Source: a virus
Lineage: Duplodnaviria; Caudoviricetes
Reading direction: 5' to 3' (one strand)
Length of the DNA stretch: 64,000 nucleotides
Virus record (IMG/VR): IMGVR_UViG_3300031813_000004
Location: 1-64,000 of that record
Part shown: positions 27,516 to 37,313 of the stretch, in pieces
How positions within the stretch are numbered: the first letter of the stretch is position 1
How the letters are laid out: every line of letters starts with the position of its first letter
Notes under the pieces: generated by a model
Databases searched by the model: none
What the model saw: only the letters and a program-made list of their open reading frames with translations
What the model was told of the DNA's origin: nothing
Program-made: the position numbers and the translations under genes

Positions 27516-28832
27516 GTGGATAATTTAATTCCAAATTTTTATAGATCATATGGAATATATGTTAATCATTCAAGAATGCTTCCTCTTGATATTGATGGTC
27601 TTAGACCAGTTGAACGCCGTGTATTATTATCATGTTATGAAATAGCTAAAGATAAAATGGTAAAATGCGCAAAAATTGACGGGCATACTGTATCAAGATG
27701 GCACCCGCATGGAAGCTGTTATTCTACAATAGTACAATTATACCATCAATTTTTGGTCGAAGGACAGGGAAATTTTGGCACGTACGTAGGTGCTGAAAAT
27801 GATCAACCAGCAGCTATGAGATATACAGAATGTAAATTATCAAAACATACATATGATATGATGTTTAAATTTATAGATTATGTTCCTTGGGAAGAGTCAG
27901 AACTTGATGTTGAACCAGTATATCTACCTACAATGTTACCTATTTGTTTAGTTGGTCAAAGGTATACAACTGGGATCGCGTTCGGTTATAAAACGTACAT
28001 ACCTTGTTATAAGATAGATGATTTGAAGCTAAGGTTGATGCATTTATTAGGTATTGTAAAAGAAAAACCTACAATTAAACCAATTTCAGATTGCCAAATT
28101 TTAGCTACAAACGAAGAATTAGAAAGTTTATTAACAACTGGAAAAGGTTCTATTAAATTACAAGGATCTATGCATGTAGATAAAATACATTGTAAGGTAA
28201 TTATAAAATCATGGCCCCCCGGTAAAAAATTTGAATCTATGTTATCTAAATTTGATGAAGAATTAAATAATCAAGATATAAGATGGATTGACCTATCTAC
28301 AACAGAAACTAAAATTATGTTAGAAGTTGTAAAATTAAGAAATAGAGATTTAATATTTAAAAAATTAGTAGAAAAATTACAAGATGTATTATCAGGCTCA
28401 GTTCCATTTGAAATGATTGTTGTAGATAAAGCTAAAAATGTTAAATTGATGTCAGTTGACCAAATGTTATTAAATACTTATCAAATGTATAAGAATACAA
28501 ATATTGTAATGTTAAATTCAGAAATAGAAAGATATAATAAAAATATTTCAGAGAATATCTTATTAACTAGAGTAAAACCATTATTATCAGTTTATCTAAA
28601 AGAACTTAAAAAAGATGAAAAAGAAATTCCAGTTAATGAAATTATCTGTAAAATTAGTTTAGATCTTAAAGTTGAAGTTGATCTAATTAAAGAATTATTT
28701 CAAAAATATAATATACGAAAATTACTCACTGTTAAAGATGATGTGACTGAGTTGAATAATAAGTTAAATCAAGTTAAAGAGAATTTAAAAAATATTGATT
28801 CATTTGTATTAGAACAATATCGAAATATTTAG
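27516..28832 (+). CDS. gyrA: type IIA topoisomerase breakage-reunion subunit (GyrA/ParC-like, lacking the CTD pinwheel)
   Basis: DGLRPVERR, HPHG, GQGNFG, AAMRYTE catalytic Tyr; only 438 aa. Confidence 0.92.
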   Translation: MDNLIPNFYRSYGIYVNHSRMLPLDIDGLRPVERRVLLSCYEIAKDKMVKCAKIDGHTVSRWHPHGSCYSTIVQLYHQFLVEGQGNFGTYVGAENDQPAAMRYTECKLSKHTYDMMFKFIDYVPWEESELDVEPVYLPTMLPICLVGQRYTTGIAFGYKTYIPCYKIDDLKLRLMHLLGIVKEKPTIKPISDCQILATNEELESLLTTGKGSIKLQGSMHVDKIHCKVIIKSWPPGKKFESMLSKFDEELNNQDIRWIDLSTTETKIMLEVVKLRNRDLIFKKLVEKLQDVLSGSVPFEMIVVDKAKNVKLMSVDQMLLNTYQMYKNTNIVMLNSEIERYNKNISENILLTRVKPLLSVYLKELKKDEKEIPVNEIICKISLDLKVEVDLIKELFQKYNIRKLLTVKDDVTELNNKLNQVKENLKNIDSFVLEQYRNI

Positions 28833-28841
28833 AGGTGGATT

Positions 28842-29057
28842 ATGAGAAGAGCATCTATAGTTGTTGATTTAAAAACCTGTAACAAAAAATGTTTATTCTT
28901 TTATCAAGGTGAAGGAAATGGACATTGTGAAGATTGGTGTGATTGTAAAAAATATGGAAAAAGATTACATGAATATAATAATGATATTAGAATACCTTTT
29001 CCAGATTTTTGTAAATTACCTGAAATTAGTATAGAAAATGAAGGAAGTGAAATATGA
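28842..29057 (+). CDS. small Cys-rich paralog (family B)
   Basis: DLKTC..C.F..C.KY..FPDFCKL. Confidence 0.7.
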   Translation: MRRASIVVDLKTCNKKCLFFYQGEGNGHCEDWCDCKKYGKRLHEYNNDIRIPFPDFCKLPEISIENEGSEI

Positions 29058-29266
29058 AAGATAAAATTGGTGGAGATATTATAAGAAGAGTTGAAATTGA
29101 TTTAAAGTCATGTGGTAATGAATGCCCATATTATAGAGATGATAAAGATGGATGGCTTAAATGTGATAAATATGATGAATTAATTGAAGATATACCTAGT
29201 TTTGGAGAATTCCCAAAATTTTGTAAATTACAAATAATACATTTGATTGATGAACCAAAATTATGA
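29054..29266 (+). CDS. small Cys-rich paralog (family B)
   Basis: DLKSC..CPYY..CDKY..FPKFCKL. Confidence 0.7.
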   Translation: MKDKIGGDIIRRVEIDLKSCGNECPYYRDDKDGWLKCDKYDELIEDIPSFGEFPKFCKLQIIHLIDEPKL

Positions 29267-29274
29267 GGTGAATT

Positions 29275-29442
29275 ATGTTTAAAGAATATATTTTATTTAT
29301 ATTCGGTATGATATTATTAGGAATTGCAGCTTCATTATCTAATAATAATATTTATTATGCACCATTGTTCGGTTTTACTGGAGCTGCTTTATTAATAATA
29401 TCAGTGACAAAATTTATAAGAAAATGTAATAAATTGGAGTGA
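29275..29442 (+). CDS. small two-TM membrane protein
   Basis: RBS GAGGTG; two hydrophobic stretches; not in the ORF track. Confidence 0.6.
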   Translation: MFKEYILFIFGMILLGIAASLSNNNIYYAPLFGFTGAALLIISVTKFIRKCNKLE

Positions 29443-29445
29443 ATT

Positions 29446-29640
29446 ATGAGAAAAGTTGAAAGTATTATTTATTTAAAGAATTGTAATAATAATTGTCCAT
29501 ATTATGAAGATTTTAAAGATAGTTATGGATGTAGATGTAAAAAATATAATTGTATTATACATAGTTATTGTAAATATAATGGAGATTTTCCAGATTTTTG
29601 TAAATTACAATATGTGGAGGATTTTGATGTCCGAGACTGA
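29446..29640 (+). CDS. small Cys-rich paralog (family B)
   Basis: LKNC..CPYY..CKKY..FPDFCKL. Confidence 0.7.
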   Translation: MRKVESIIYLKNCNNNCPYYEDFKDSYGCRCKKYNCIIHSYCKYNGDFPDFCKLQYVEDFDVRD

Positions 29641-30097
29641 AAATATTAATAGTGATACTGGAGAAGTAATATGTGATAAATGTAATGGGAAAGGATTTGA
29701 GACATTATATACATTTAATAGAACTTGTCAAAGTTGTTTTGGAATAAAGAAATATTGGATAGATAATTTAACAGTTCCATTTGCTAGAACTTTTGGTTAT
29801 ATTAGAAGTTTAGGTGTAGTTCAAAGAAGTATACAAAAATTTACAATTGCCTCATATCATAATAGTAATCCAAATATTCCAAATATATTTATAAATAATA
29901 AAAATCAATTTTTAGAATTATTAGAAAGAATATTTAATTATCAACCAAGTCATAACCAAGAATTTATTTTCTACAACCCTGATATAAATACCACAGATAC
30001 AATTACTATTTATGGTGGAGATCATAAATATATTATACAAGAAGTTAAATTAACAGATGAAGAAAAACAAATAAGATATATGAATGGAGTTAATTAA
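29627..30097 (+). CDS. hypothetical protein with DnaJ-type CxxCxGxG zinc finger
   Basis: CDKCNGKG..CQSCFG; start moved to MSETE after GGAGGA. Confidence 0.65.
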   Translation: MSETENINSDTGEVICDKCNGKGFETLYTFNRTCQSCFGIKKYWIDNLTVPFARTFGYIRSLGVVQRSIQKFTIASYHNSNPNIPNIFINNKNQFLELLERIFNYQPSHNQEFIFYNPDINTTDTITIYGGDHKYIIQEVKLTDEEKQIRYMNGVN

Positions 30098-30660
30098 TGG
30101 ATAAAAAATTGATTGGAAAGAATGGAATTAAATATGGTAATTTTCCAGCAGTTATATTGAATAATCCTAAATATGAAAGGAATGTTGGAGCTGTATTGAG
30201 AGCATGTAGTTGTTTTGGAATACAACAGCTCTGGTATACCGGAAATAGGATTAGATTAGAAGATGGAAAAAGGTTACCAAGGGAAGAAAGAATGAGAGGT
30301 TATCAAGAAGTTGATTTAGTTCAATTTGATTATCCTTTCCAGCAATTTGAAAATGTAACTCCAGTAGCTGTTGAATTAGTTCCTAGTTCAGAAGTATTAA
30401 CAACTTTTAGTCATCCAGAAAATGCTGTATATTTATTCGGGCCAGAAGATGGTCAAATTCAAAGTTCTTATTTAAGACATTGTCATAGATTTGTTTCTAT
30501 TCCTACATATCATTGTACTAATTTAGCTGCTGCAGTTTATATCGTATTATATGATAGATTAATGAAAAGGCAATTAAATGGAATAGAAGAAATTAAATCA
30601 CCAGAAATGATGTTAAAAGAAAATCGAAAATGGACATTATCAGATGATGAATTAGGATAA
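30097..30660 (+). CDS. SpoU/TrmH-family (SPOUT) RNA methyltransferase
   Basis: NPKYERNVGAVLR, FGPEDG, IP...NLAAA..IVLYD. Confidence 0.88.
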   Translation: MDKKLIGKNGIKYGNFPAVILNNPKYERNVGAVLRACSCFGIQQLWYTGNRIRLEDGKRLPREERMRGYQEVDLVQFDYPFQQFENVTPVAVELVPSSEVLTTFSHPENAVYLFGPEDGQIQSSYLRHCHRFVSIPTYHCTNLAAAVYIVLYDRLMKRQLNGIEEIKSPEMMLKENRKWTLSDDELG

Positions 30661-30746
30661 AAATATGATTGAAGGAATGATAATAATTTTAGTTTTTATT
30701 ATGCTTTTTCTATTTCTTATATTAATTAATTTATAGGAGTTTAATT

Positions 30747-31247
30747 ATGGATATTATAAATATTTTAAAATTAATTGTACTTATTTGTGGTGGTATAATA
30801 TCTGGAGCATTCTTTTATGTAGGAATTAGTTTATTAAAGAAAGAAAAGAAAACTAAAAAAGAAGATTTATTTAAACCTAATCCAATTGATGTTAAAAATT
30901 TAAAAAAGATATTAAATATTGAAAATGGAATGGAAGAATGTAAATTATGTAATGGTGGAATTATAATAGAAAATTTTCCTTTATATCATATTTGTGATGA
31001 GTGTCATGGGGCTGGAGCATTATACTGGGTAGAAAAATTAACTGGAAATTGTTATAATGGATTTGATGATCAAGTTTTGAATGAAGTTGAAGAACACAAT
31101 TCAGAATCATTAGGAAAAATATTAAATTCAGTATTTGAATCAGGAAATATAATTAGTATATCTCATCATAAAAATGGAGAAGAATTAGAAACAATGAAGT
31201 TTATTACTATAGATTATTGTTACATAATTCAAAGAGAACCTCATTAA
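30747..31247 (+). CDS. membrane-anchored protein with DnaJ-type zinc finger
   Basis: N-terminal TM; CKLCNG..CDECHGAG..W. Confidence 0.65.
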   Translation: MDIINILKLIVLICGGIISGAFFYVGISLLKKEKKTKKEDLFKPNPIDVKNLKKILNIENGMEECKLCNGGIIIENFPLYHICDECHGAGALYWVEKLTGNCYNGFDDQVLNEVEEHNSESLGKILNSVFESGNIISISHHKNGEELETMKFITIDYCYIIQREPH

Positions 31248-31302
31248 TTAAAGAATAATTTTAAAGATAATATCTACGGAATGCAAATAAAGGAGATATA
31301 AA

Positions 31303-31728
31303 ATGCATTACATTGAAAAAACATTTAGAGTTCCATGTGGTCATCGTCTTAGTAAGCATAAAGGACTTTGCAAAAATCCTCATGGTCACGGGTTTACATG
31401 TATCATTACATTGAAAGCTGAAAAATTAAATGAAAATGATATGATTATTGATTTTACAACTTTAAAATCAATAGTTAATAATTTAATTATTATTCCAATG
31501 GATCATGCTTTAATTTTAAATGAAGATGATAAACATCTTATTAAATTTGAGGAAGCTCATGATTTTAAACATGTTAAAATTATTGGAGATCCAACTGCTG
31601 AAAATTTATCAAAAATATTATTTGATACAATAGACGATCATATTGAAAAAGAAAAATATGAATTTAAAATTCATTCTGTTAAAGTTTGGGAGAATGAAGA
31701 CTCTGCTGCTATATATATGAAGGAGTAA
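31303..31728 (+). CDS. queD: 6-carboxytetrahydropterin synthase
   Basis: HRL..C.NPHGH, IDF, DH, PTAENL, VWE. Confidence 0.92.
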   Translation: MHYIEKTFRVPCGHRLSKHKGLCKNPHGHGFTCIITLKAEKLNENDMIIDFTTLKSIVNNLIIIPMDHALILNEDDKHLIKFEEAHDFKHVKIIGDPTAENLSKILFDTIDDHIEKEKYEFKIHSVKVWENEDSAAIYMKE

Positions 31729-31737
31729 TAAAATGTT

Positions 31738-33171
31738 ATGTCAATTGTATTTAAAAGGACATCTGGTATATTAATTCCCACTGAATATAAAAATGAAAAG
31801 TTTTATGAATTTATAAAATCTAAATTAACAAGAAGAGTTAAGAATTTTAATGACCCAACATATACTGTAAATAAATATTATATTGAAGGAGAAAAGTTTT
31901 TAAAAATACCTCGTTATTTTCCAATCTGGGAATATGTTGATTGTAGAATTGAAGATAAATTACCAGAAGGTGAAGATATTGAAATAGAATCTAAAATAAC
32001 ACTTAGAGATGAATTACAAAGAAATACTGTTGAATATATGTTAACTCATGATAATGGAATACTTAAATGTTCACCTGGTAGTGGAAAAACAGTAATTTCA
32101 ATACATGTTGTATGCCAATTAAAGAAGAAAACATTTATACTTTGCCATAGAACTGAACTTGTAAACCAATGGACAGGATTTGAATGTGGAGAAAAACCTC
32201 ATGGATTCTTGACTTATACAAATATTAAAGAAGATGAAATTGGAATTTTAAGTTCTAAAAATTATAAAGAAGTTTTAAAGAAAAAAATTATAGTTTGTAC
32301 AGACCAAACATTTACATCTCTTCTGAGAAGAAATAGGCAAGAGTTTTTAATTGAGTTAAATAAAAGTAATATTAGTGTAATGATTGCAGATGAAATACAC
32401 ACATCTATAGGTGCACCAACATTTTCTGAATGCAGTTTGCATATGCCAGTTAAGAAAATATTTGGTTTATCTGCTACACCAAATAGAACTGATGGAACTG
32501 ATAATATTATTCAATATCATCTAGGACCGATATATGTTCCAGAAGGAACATCTTCTACAATGAATACAAGAGTTACAGTTTTGTTTTTTGATTTTGAAAT
32601 TATTAAAGGTAGAGAAAAATATATGTACTGGGAGGGAAAATTTCAAAGATCGAGATATTTAAATTTAATTAAAAATTCAAAACCTTTTATGGGAATAATT
32701 ATTGGATTATTAAATAAATTTGTAGATGACCAAAGGAATATAATTTGTGTGGCTGAAAGAATTAAATTAATAGATAAATTATTTGATGAAATAAAAACAG
32801 ATAATAAAGCAAAATTTATATCTGGGTCTAGTTCTGAAAATTTAAATAAACAAGTTGTATTATTAACACCAGGCCGCGGAAGGGATGGTTTGGACATACC
32901 TAAAAAAGATTGTCTATTAATGACTTCTCCAATTTCTAATATTACACAAATGATTGGACGTGTAATTAGACAATCAAAAAATAAAAAAGAACCAATTACA
33001 GTCGATCTTGTTGATATTGGTTGTAAGGAAATTTCTAAAACTTTATTTGATAGGATTGAATTTTATAATGAAAAAAAATGGTCAATTAAATTTATTTATA
33101 TAAATGATAAAGGTGAAAAGACAGAATTAGATCAAATACAAGTTTTAAAATTATTACAGGAGAATCAATAA
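31738..33171 (+). CDS. superfamily 2 helicase (UvsW/XPB-like)
   Basis: PGSGKT, DEIH, SATP.R.DG, GLDIP, QMIGRVIR. Confidence 0.9.
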   Translation: MSIVFKRTSGILIPTEYKNEKFYEFIKSKLTRRVKNFNDPTYTVNKYYIEGEKFLKIPRYFPIWEYVDCRIEDKLPEGEDIEIESKITLRDELQRNTVEYMLTHDNGILKCSPGSGKTVISIHVVCQLKKKTFILCHRTELVNQWTGFECGEKPHGFLTYTNIKEDEIGILSSKNYKEVLKKKIIVCTDQTFTSLLRRNRQEFLIELNKSNISVMIADEIHTSIGAPTFSECSLHMPVKKIFGLSATPNRTDGTDNIIQYHLGPIYVPEGTSSTMNTRVTVLFFDFEIIKGREKYMYWEGKFQRSRYLNLIKNSKPFMGIIIGLLNKFVDDQRNIICVAERIKLIDKLFDEIKTDNKAKFISGSSSENLNKQVVLLTPGRGRDGLDIPKKDCLLMTSPISNITQMIGRVIRQSKNKKEPITVDLVDIGCKEISKTLFDRIEFYNEKKWSIKFIYINDKGEKTELDQIQVLKLLQENQ

Positions 33172-33560
33172 TGAATTTAGTTGAAATAAGAGAAAAAGTT
33201 ATTAAAGAGAATAATAGTAATCTTAAAAGAATAAGCGATTCTATTTCAATTATGACAAAATATGATTTTAAAGATGTTTGTGAATGTATTAAACATCTAG
33301 TTAAACAAAGTAATGATCATGATTATGTATATAGATCAATAAATAATAATATTAAAACATATGAATATTTAATTACATCAATTTCTAGATTTGCTTTTAA
33401 GGATGAAATTAAAAAATTGAATATAATTAAAGAAATGGTTGAAGAAATTGATAAAAAAAATAATATTAAATGGAAAATTATAAATAATGATTTAGATATT
33501 TTGAAAGAAATATGTATAAATAATTGTATAGATAAATGTGAATTTAGTAAAAATTTTTAA
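33171..33560 (+). CDS. hypothetical protein
   Basis: ORF with RBS. Confidence 0.6.
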   Translation: MNLVEIREKVIKENNSNLKRISDSISIMTKYDFKDVCECIKHLVKQSNDHDYVYRSINNNIKTYEYLITSISRFAFKDEIKKLNIIKEMVEEIDKKNNIKWKIINNDLDILKEICINNCIDKCEFSKNF

Positions 33561-33573
33561 AGGAGAATCAATA

Positions 33574-33942
33574 ATGACACTTGGAGATATATTAAAAGAA
33601 AGAAAAAGAAATTCTGAATTAGCAGAAGAAAAAAGAAATAAAGAAATTGAATTAAAACAACTAGAAACAAATAAACTTCAACATAAAATTGTTGTTAAAT
33701 ATTTTGAGGACTTAAAAGTTAAAATTACAAAAGATATTAAAGAAAATTATAATAGAGATTTAACATACCATGACATAAAAAAATCATTAACTTTTATACC
33801 ATTTCCTTTTTATGAAGAACCTGTGTGGGGAGAATATAAATATGCATGGGATAGATTTGTATCTTGGGCACTAAGTGAAGGATTACTAGCAAGTCTTGAA
33901 AATTATGAATGGACTATCAAGGGAAGCAGGACCTGGAGTTAG
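33574..33942 (+). CDS. hypothetical protein
   Basis: Start moved to MTLG after AAGGAG. Confidence 0.6.
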   Translation: MTLGDILKERKRNSELAEEKRNKEIELKQLETNKLQHKIVVKYFEDLKVKITKDIKENYNRDLTYHDIKKSLTFIPFPFYEEPVWGEYKYAWDRFVSWALSEGLLASLENYEWTIKGSRTWS

Positions 33943-33979
33943 TTATAAAATTATTAAATTATATATAAAGGATTAATCA

Positions 33980-34363
33980 ATGACTAATGAAGATGCAGGT
34001 TTACAATCAATTGTATTTATTCCTCTCGATACAGATATAACTAAAAAAGTAGATGAAAATTGGGAAAAGATTCATAATTATTTAGGCAATATTTATGATA
34101 GTGAAGAATTAATAAATTCAGCTAAATCTTATATTTCATCTGATTTAATTGATATTAGAGAAAATAATAATTTTGAATATTATGACGCAGAAGATTTAGT
34201 TGAAATTTGTAAAATCCTTGGATATTATTTAATTGATATTTCTGATGAAGTTTTTATAACTAATATTGCATATGGACCTTGCTTGGAGAATTTGAAGAGA
34301 TTAATAGGAGACCAAATTAGAAAAGAAGAACGAGAAAGAGCTTGTAAAATTATAGAATTATAG
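33980..34363 (+). CDS. hypothetical protein
   Basis: ORF with RBS. Confidence 0.6.
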   Translation: MTNEDAGLQSIVFIPLDTDITKKVDENWEKIHNYLGNIYDSEELINSAKSYISSDLIDIRENNNFEYYDAEDLVEICKILGYYLIDISDEVFITNIAYGPCLENLKRLIGDQIRKEERERACKIIEL

Positions 34364-34449
34364 ATGATTATTGGTGTTGTTCTAAAGATCTTAAATCAAT
34401 TATTATAAATAATGAACCAATATGTACAAGACAATTTAGGAGTTATAAT

Positions 34450-34683
34450 ATGAATATTGAAATTTTTAAAGAAACATATCATCTATTGTATATTGAGTTA
34501 TTTAAAGGATTAGAAGAAGAATATTTTAATAAAAGTGAGATTGAAGAAATGTTATTAACTGCAAATTATACCATATCTGAAGATAAATTAGAAGTTGAAT
34601 ATAGTGAGGGATCAAAAGATTTTTATCTTATTGAGTCAAAACCAATTCTAAAATTAATTGATAAAATTTGGGGGGATAAATAG
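34450..34683 (+). CDS. hypothetical protein
   Basis: ORF with RBS. Confidence 0.6.
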   Translation: MNIEIFKETYHLLYIELFKGLEEEYFNKSEIEEMLLTANYTISEDKLEVEYSEGSKDFYLIESKPILKLIDKIWGDK

Positions 34684-34698
34684 GAGATTTAAAATAAT

Positions 34699-35034
34699 AT
34701 GGAATTTGATTTATATGCATTAAAAGTTTTAATAGCATGTATTACATCCCATTATATTGCAGATTTTACTTTAAATAATGATTTTATTGATAGTAATAAA
34801 GGAAAAAATGATTATATCTTATTTGCACATTGTTTTATATGGGCAGGATTAATTTGTTATATTTTAGATTTATATGGTGTTTTTCATTATTGGAAATTTC
34901 CATTCTTACTGATAGGGCATTTCTTTATTGATAGATATAAAGCAAGAAAACAAGATAAAACAAATTCAATGACTAAAGATTTATGGATAGATCAATTCAT
35001 GCATTTTATACAAATCCTAATAGTATTATTTTAA
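34699..35034 (+). CDS. DUF3307-like membrane protein
   Basis: HYIADF, H..I, HFFID, DQFMH pattern in TM helices. Confidence 0.75.
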   Translation: MEFDLYALKVLIACITSHYIADFTLNNDFIDSNKGKNDYILFAHCFIWAGLICYILDLYGVFHYWKFPFLLIGHFFIDRYKARKQDKTNSMTKDLWIDQFMHFIQILIVLF

Positions 35035-35049
35035 AAAGGAGAAGAATAA

Positions 35050-35256
35050 ATGATTAAAATTGACGTTTCACAACTTCCATGTTATATTAAGGATTGTATC
35101 GTAGAAAACCCAAATGAAGCTAAATTTGTAATTGATAGTTTGGGAAATGTACATTATATTGAGGAAGTATTTGAAAGTCATATTACGACAAAAGAAGGAA
35201 TTGAATTAAGATATGATAATGGAGTTAGAGGAAAGTTAACTTTTGTTAGTAGATAA
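35050..35256 (+). CDS. hypothetical protein
   Basis: ORF with RBS. Confidence 0.55.
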   Translation: MIKIDVSQLPCYIKDCIVENPNEAKFVIDSLGNVHYIEEVFESHITTKEGIELRYDNGVRGKLTFVSR

Positions 35257-35266
35257 AGGAGAATCT

Positions 35267-36271
35267 ATGTTAGCAGCATATACAGCCGATTGGCATTTAA
35301 GCGGCTTTGGACAGGATAAGATTATAGAAAATTTACCGTTAAGATTATATGAGAAACAAAAAGCATTATATCATATGGCCGATTATTGTACTTCAAATAA
35401 TATTAAAAATATGATTATAGCAGGTGATTTACTCCACAACAAATCTATTATATATAATACAGCAATCAATATTTTACTAGAATTTTTCAGAAAGTATAAT
35501 AATTTGCATTTCTACTCTATAGATGGAAATCATGATTTATCAGGACGTGGTGATGTTGTTGTATCAGCTTTATCATGTTTAAAAAATGAATCTAATGTTA
35601 CATGGATTCCATTTGATTCACAATTACAAGTTGAAAATATATTTATGGTTCCTTATTCAAGTGATATTGTAAGTAAAATTAAAAATGGAAGATCAGACTA
35701 TTTATGCAGTCACCTCGGATTGGATGAAGGGATTTTAGCTAGCGGGCTAAGTTTAAAATCGGATATCAGTTTAAAGGATCTTATAGGAAGATATAAGAAG
35801 GTTATTCTTGGGCATTATCACACAGTCCAGCAGATAGTCCGAGATGATATTGAAGTCTGGTACACCGGAAGTTTAACTCAAGATACTTGGAACGATCGAG
35901 ATGAGAAGAGATTTTTGATTATTGATTCTGAGAAACATACAATTCAATCAATACCAACTGAAGGGTATACAAAACATTATCAATTTAATATTACAAATGA
36001 AAATAAAACTGAAATATTCAATGAAGCAACAAAATTAAAGGCAGAAGGTCATAATGTTAAAATTGTAAAAAATGGAATTATTGATACCACGAACTTTTCA
36101 GATGAATTTATTATTGTTGACAAAACTGAAATTGATATAACAAATCGTGGAATAAACTCTAGTATGTCTGCATCTGAAAAATTAGAAAAATTTATGAATA
36201 TTAAAAAAATACCTGAAAATGAATTAGAAGAATATAAGAAAATGGCTCTTGAAATAATTTCATCTTGTTAA
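35267..36271 (+). CDS. sbcD: SbcD/Mre11-like metallophosphoesterase nuclease
   Basis: ADWH, AGDLLH, GNHD, GHYH, YTGS; start moved to the ATG after AAGGAG. Confidence 0.9.
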   Translation: MLAAYTADWHLSGFGQDKIIENLPLRLYEKQKALYHMADYCTSNNIKNMIIAGDLLHNKSIIYNTAINILLEFFRKYNNLHFYSIDGNHDLSGRGDVVVSALSCLKNESNVTWIPFDSQLQVENIFMVPYSSDIVSKIKNGRSDYLCSHLGLDEGILASGLSLKSDISLKDLIGRYKKVILGHYHTVQQIVRDDIEVWYTGSLTQDTWNDRDEKRFLIIDSEKHTIQSIPTEGYTKHYQFNITNENKTEIFNEATKLKAEGHNVKIVKNGIIDTTNFSDEFIIVDKTEIDITNRGINSSMSASEKLEKFMNIKKIPENELEEYKKMALEIISSC

Positions 36272-36391
36272 TATGTGTAATCATAAAATAATAAAAATAT
36301 ATTTTAATAGTAAAATGATAATATGTTTAAAATGTGAAAAAAGATTATATACATTTGAATACCTTGAAACTAAAAGGAGATTTAAATTAAA

Positions 36392-37313
36392 ATGAAGTTG
36401 TGTGAATGTGGTTGTGGAATAGAAGTTGCTAATAATAAAAATAAATTTATAACTGGTCATAATATGTATTTAAGACCTATAAAAGAAAAAATTAAACCAA
36501 CAAAATTATGTGAGTGTGGGTGTAAAGAAATTGTAAGTAATGACAAAAATAGATTTATAAGAGGTCATAGATTTAGAATAAAAGCTAGTAAAGAAATTTT
36601 AGAGAAAAGAGAAGAAACTAGATCTAAAAATAAAGGAAAAATTAAAGAAATTAAATTATGTAAATGTGGTTGTGGTGAATATACTAAGCCGGGGAATAAT
36701 TATATATTTGGACATTCAAGAAGAAAAAATAAAACAATACAATTATGTAATTGTGGTTGTGGAGAGTATACAAAGCCGGGAAATATATTTATAACTGGGC
36801 ATAATGGAGTAGGGACATTTAGAACAGATGAGACAAAGAAAAAGATGGGAGATTGGCAAAAAAGAGAAAATAATCCGAATTGGAAAAGGAGGAATGACAA
36901 AAGATAGTAATGGATATATTTATTTACATAAACCTGATTATCCAGGTAGTGACAAAACTGGGTATATTTTTGAACATAGATATGTAATGGAACAACATAT
37001 AGGAAGACTATTAACTAATAAAGAAATAGTACATCATAAAAATGAAATTGTTGATGATAATAGAATTGAGAATTTACAATTAATGACATATACTGAACAC
37101 TGTTTATTACATAAAATGTGGTTAAAAAGTACTAAATTTGGTCCAGAAAATAAGAATTATGGATCTATTGTAATACATAATAATTTAAATAAAATTAAAA
37201 TGATAAAACCAGAATTATTAGGAAAATATATTTTAGAAGGATGGATTAAAGGTGGTGTTAAAAGGAAGAATAATTTATCAGAAGATCAATTATTTAAGGA
37301 GAACCATGAGTGA
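36392..37313 (+). pseudogene. frameshifted HNH homing endonuclease (CxCGC repeats + NUMOD3 + HNH)
   Basis: Removing one A from AAAA at 36884-36887 fuses the two ORFs into NPNWKGGMTKDSNGYI; HNH motif VHHKNEIVDDNRIENL. Confidence 0.8.
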
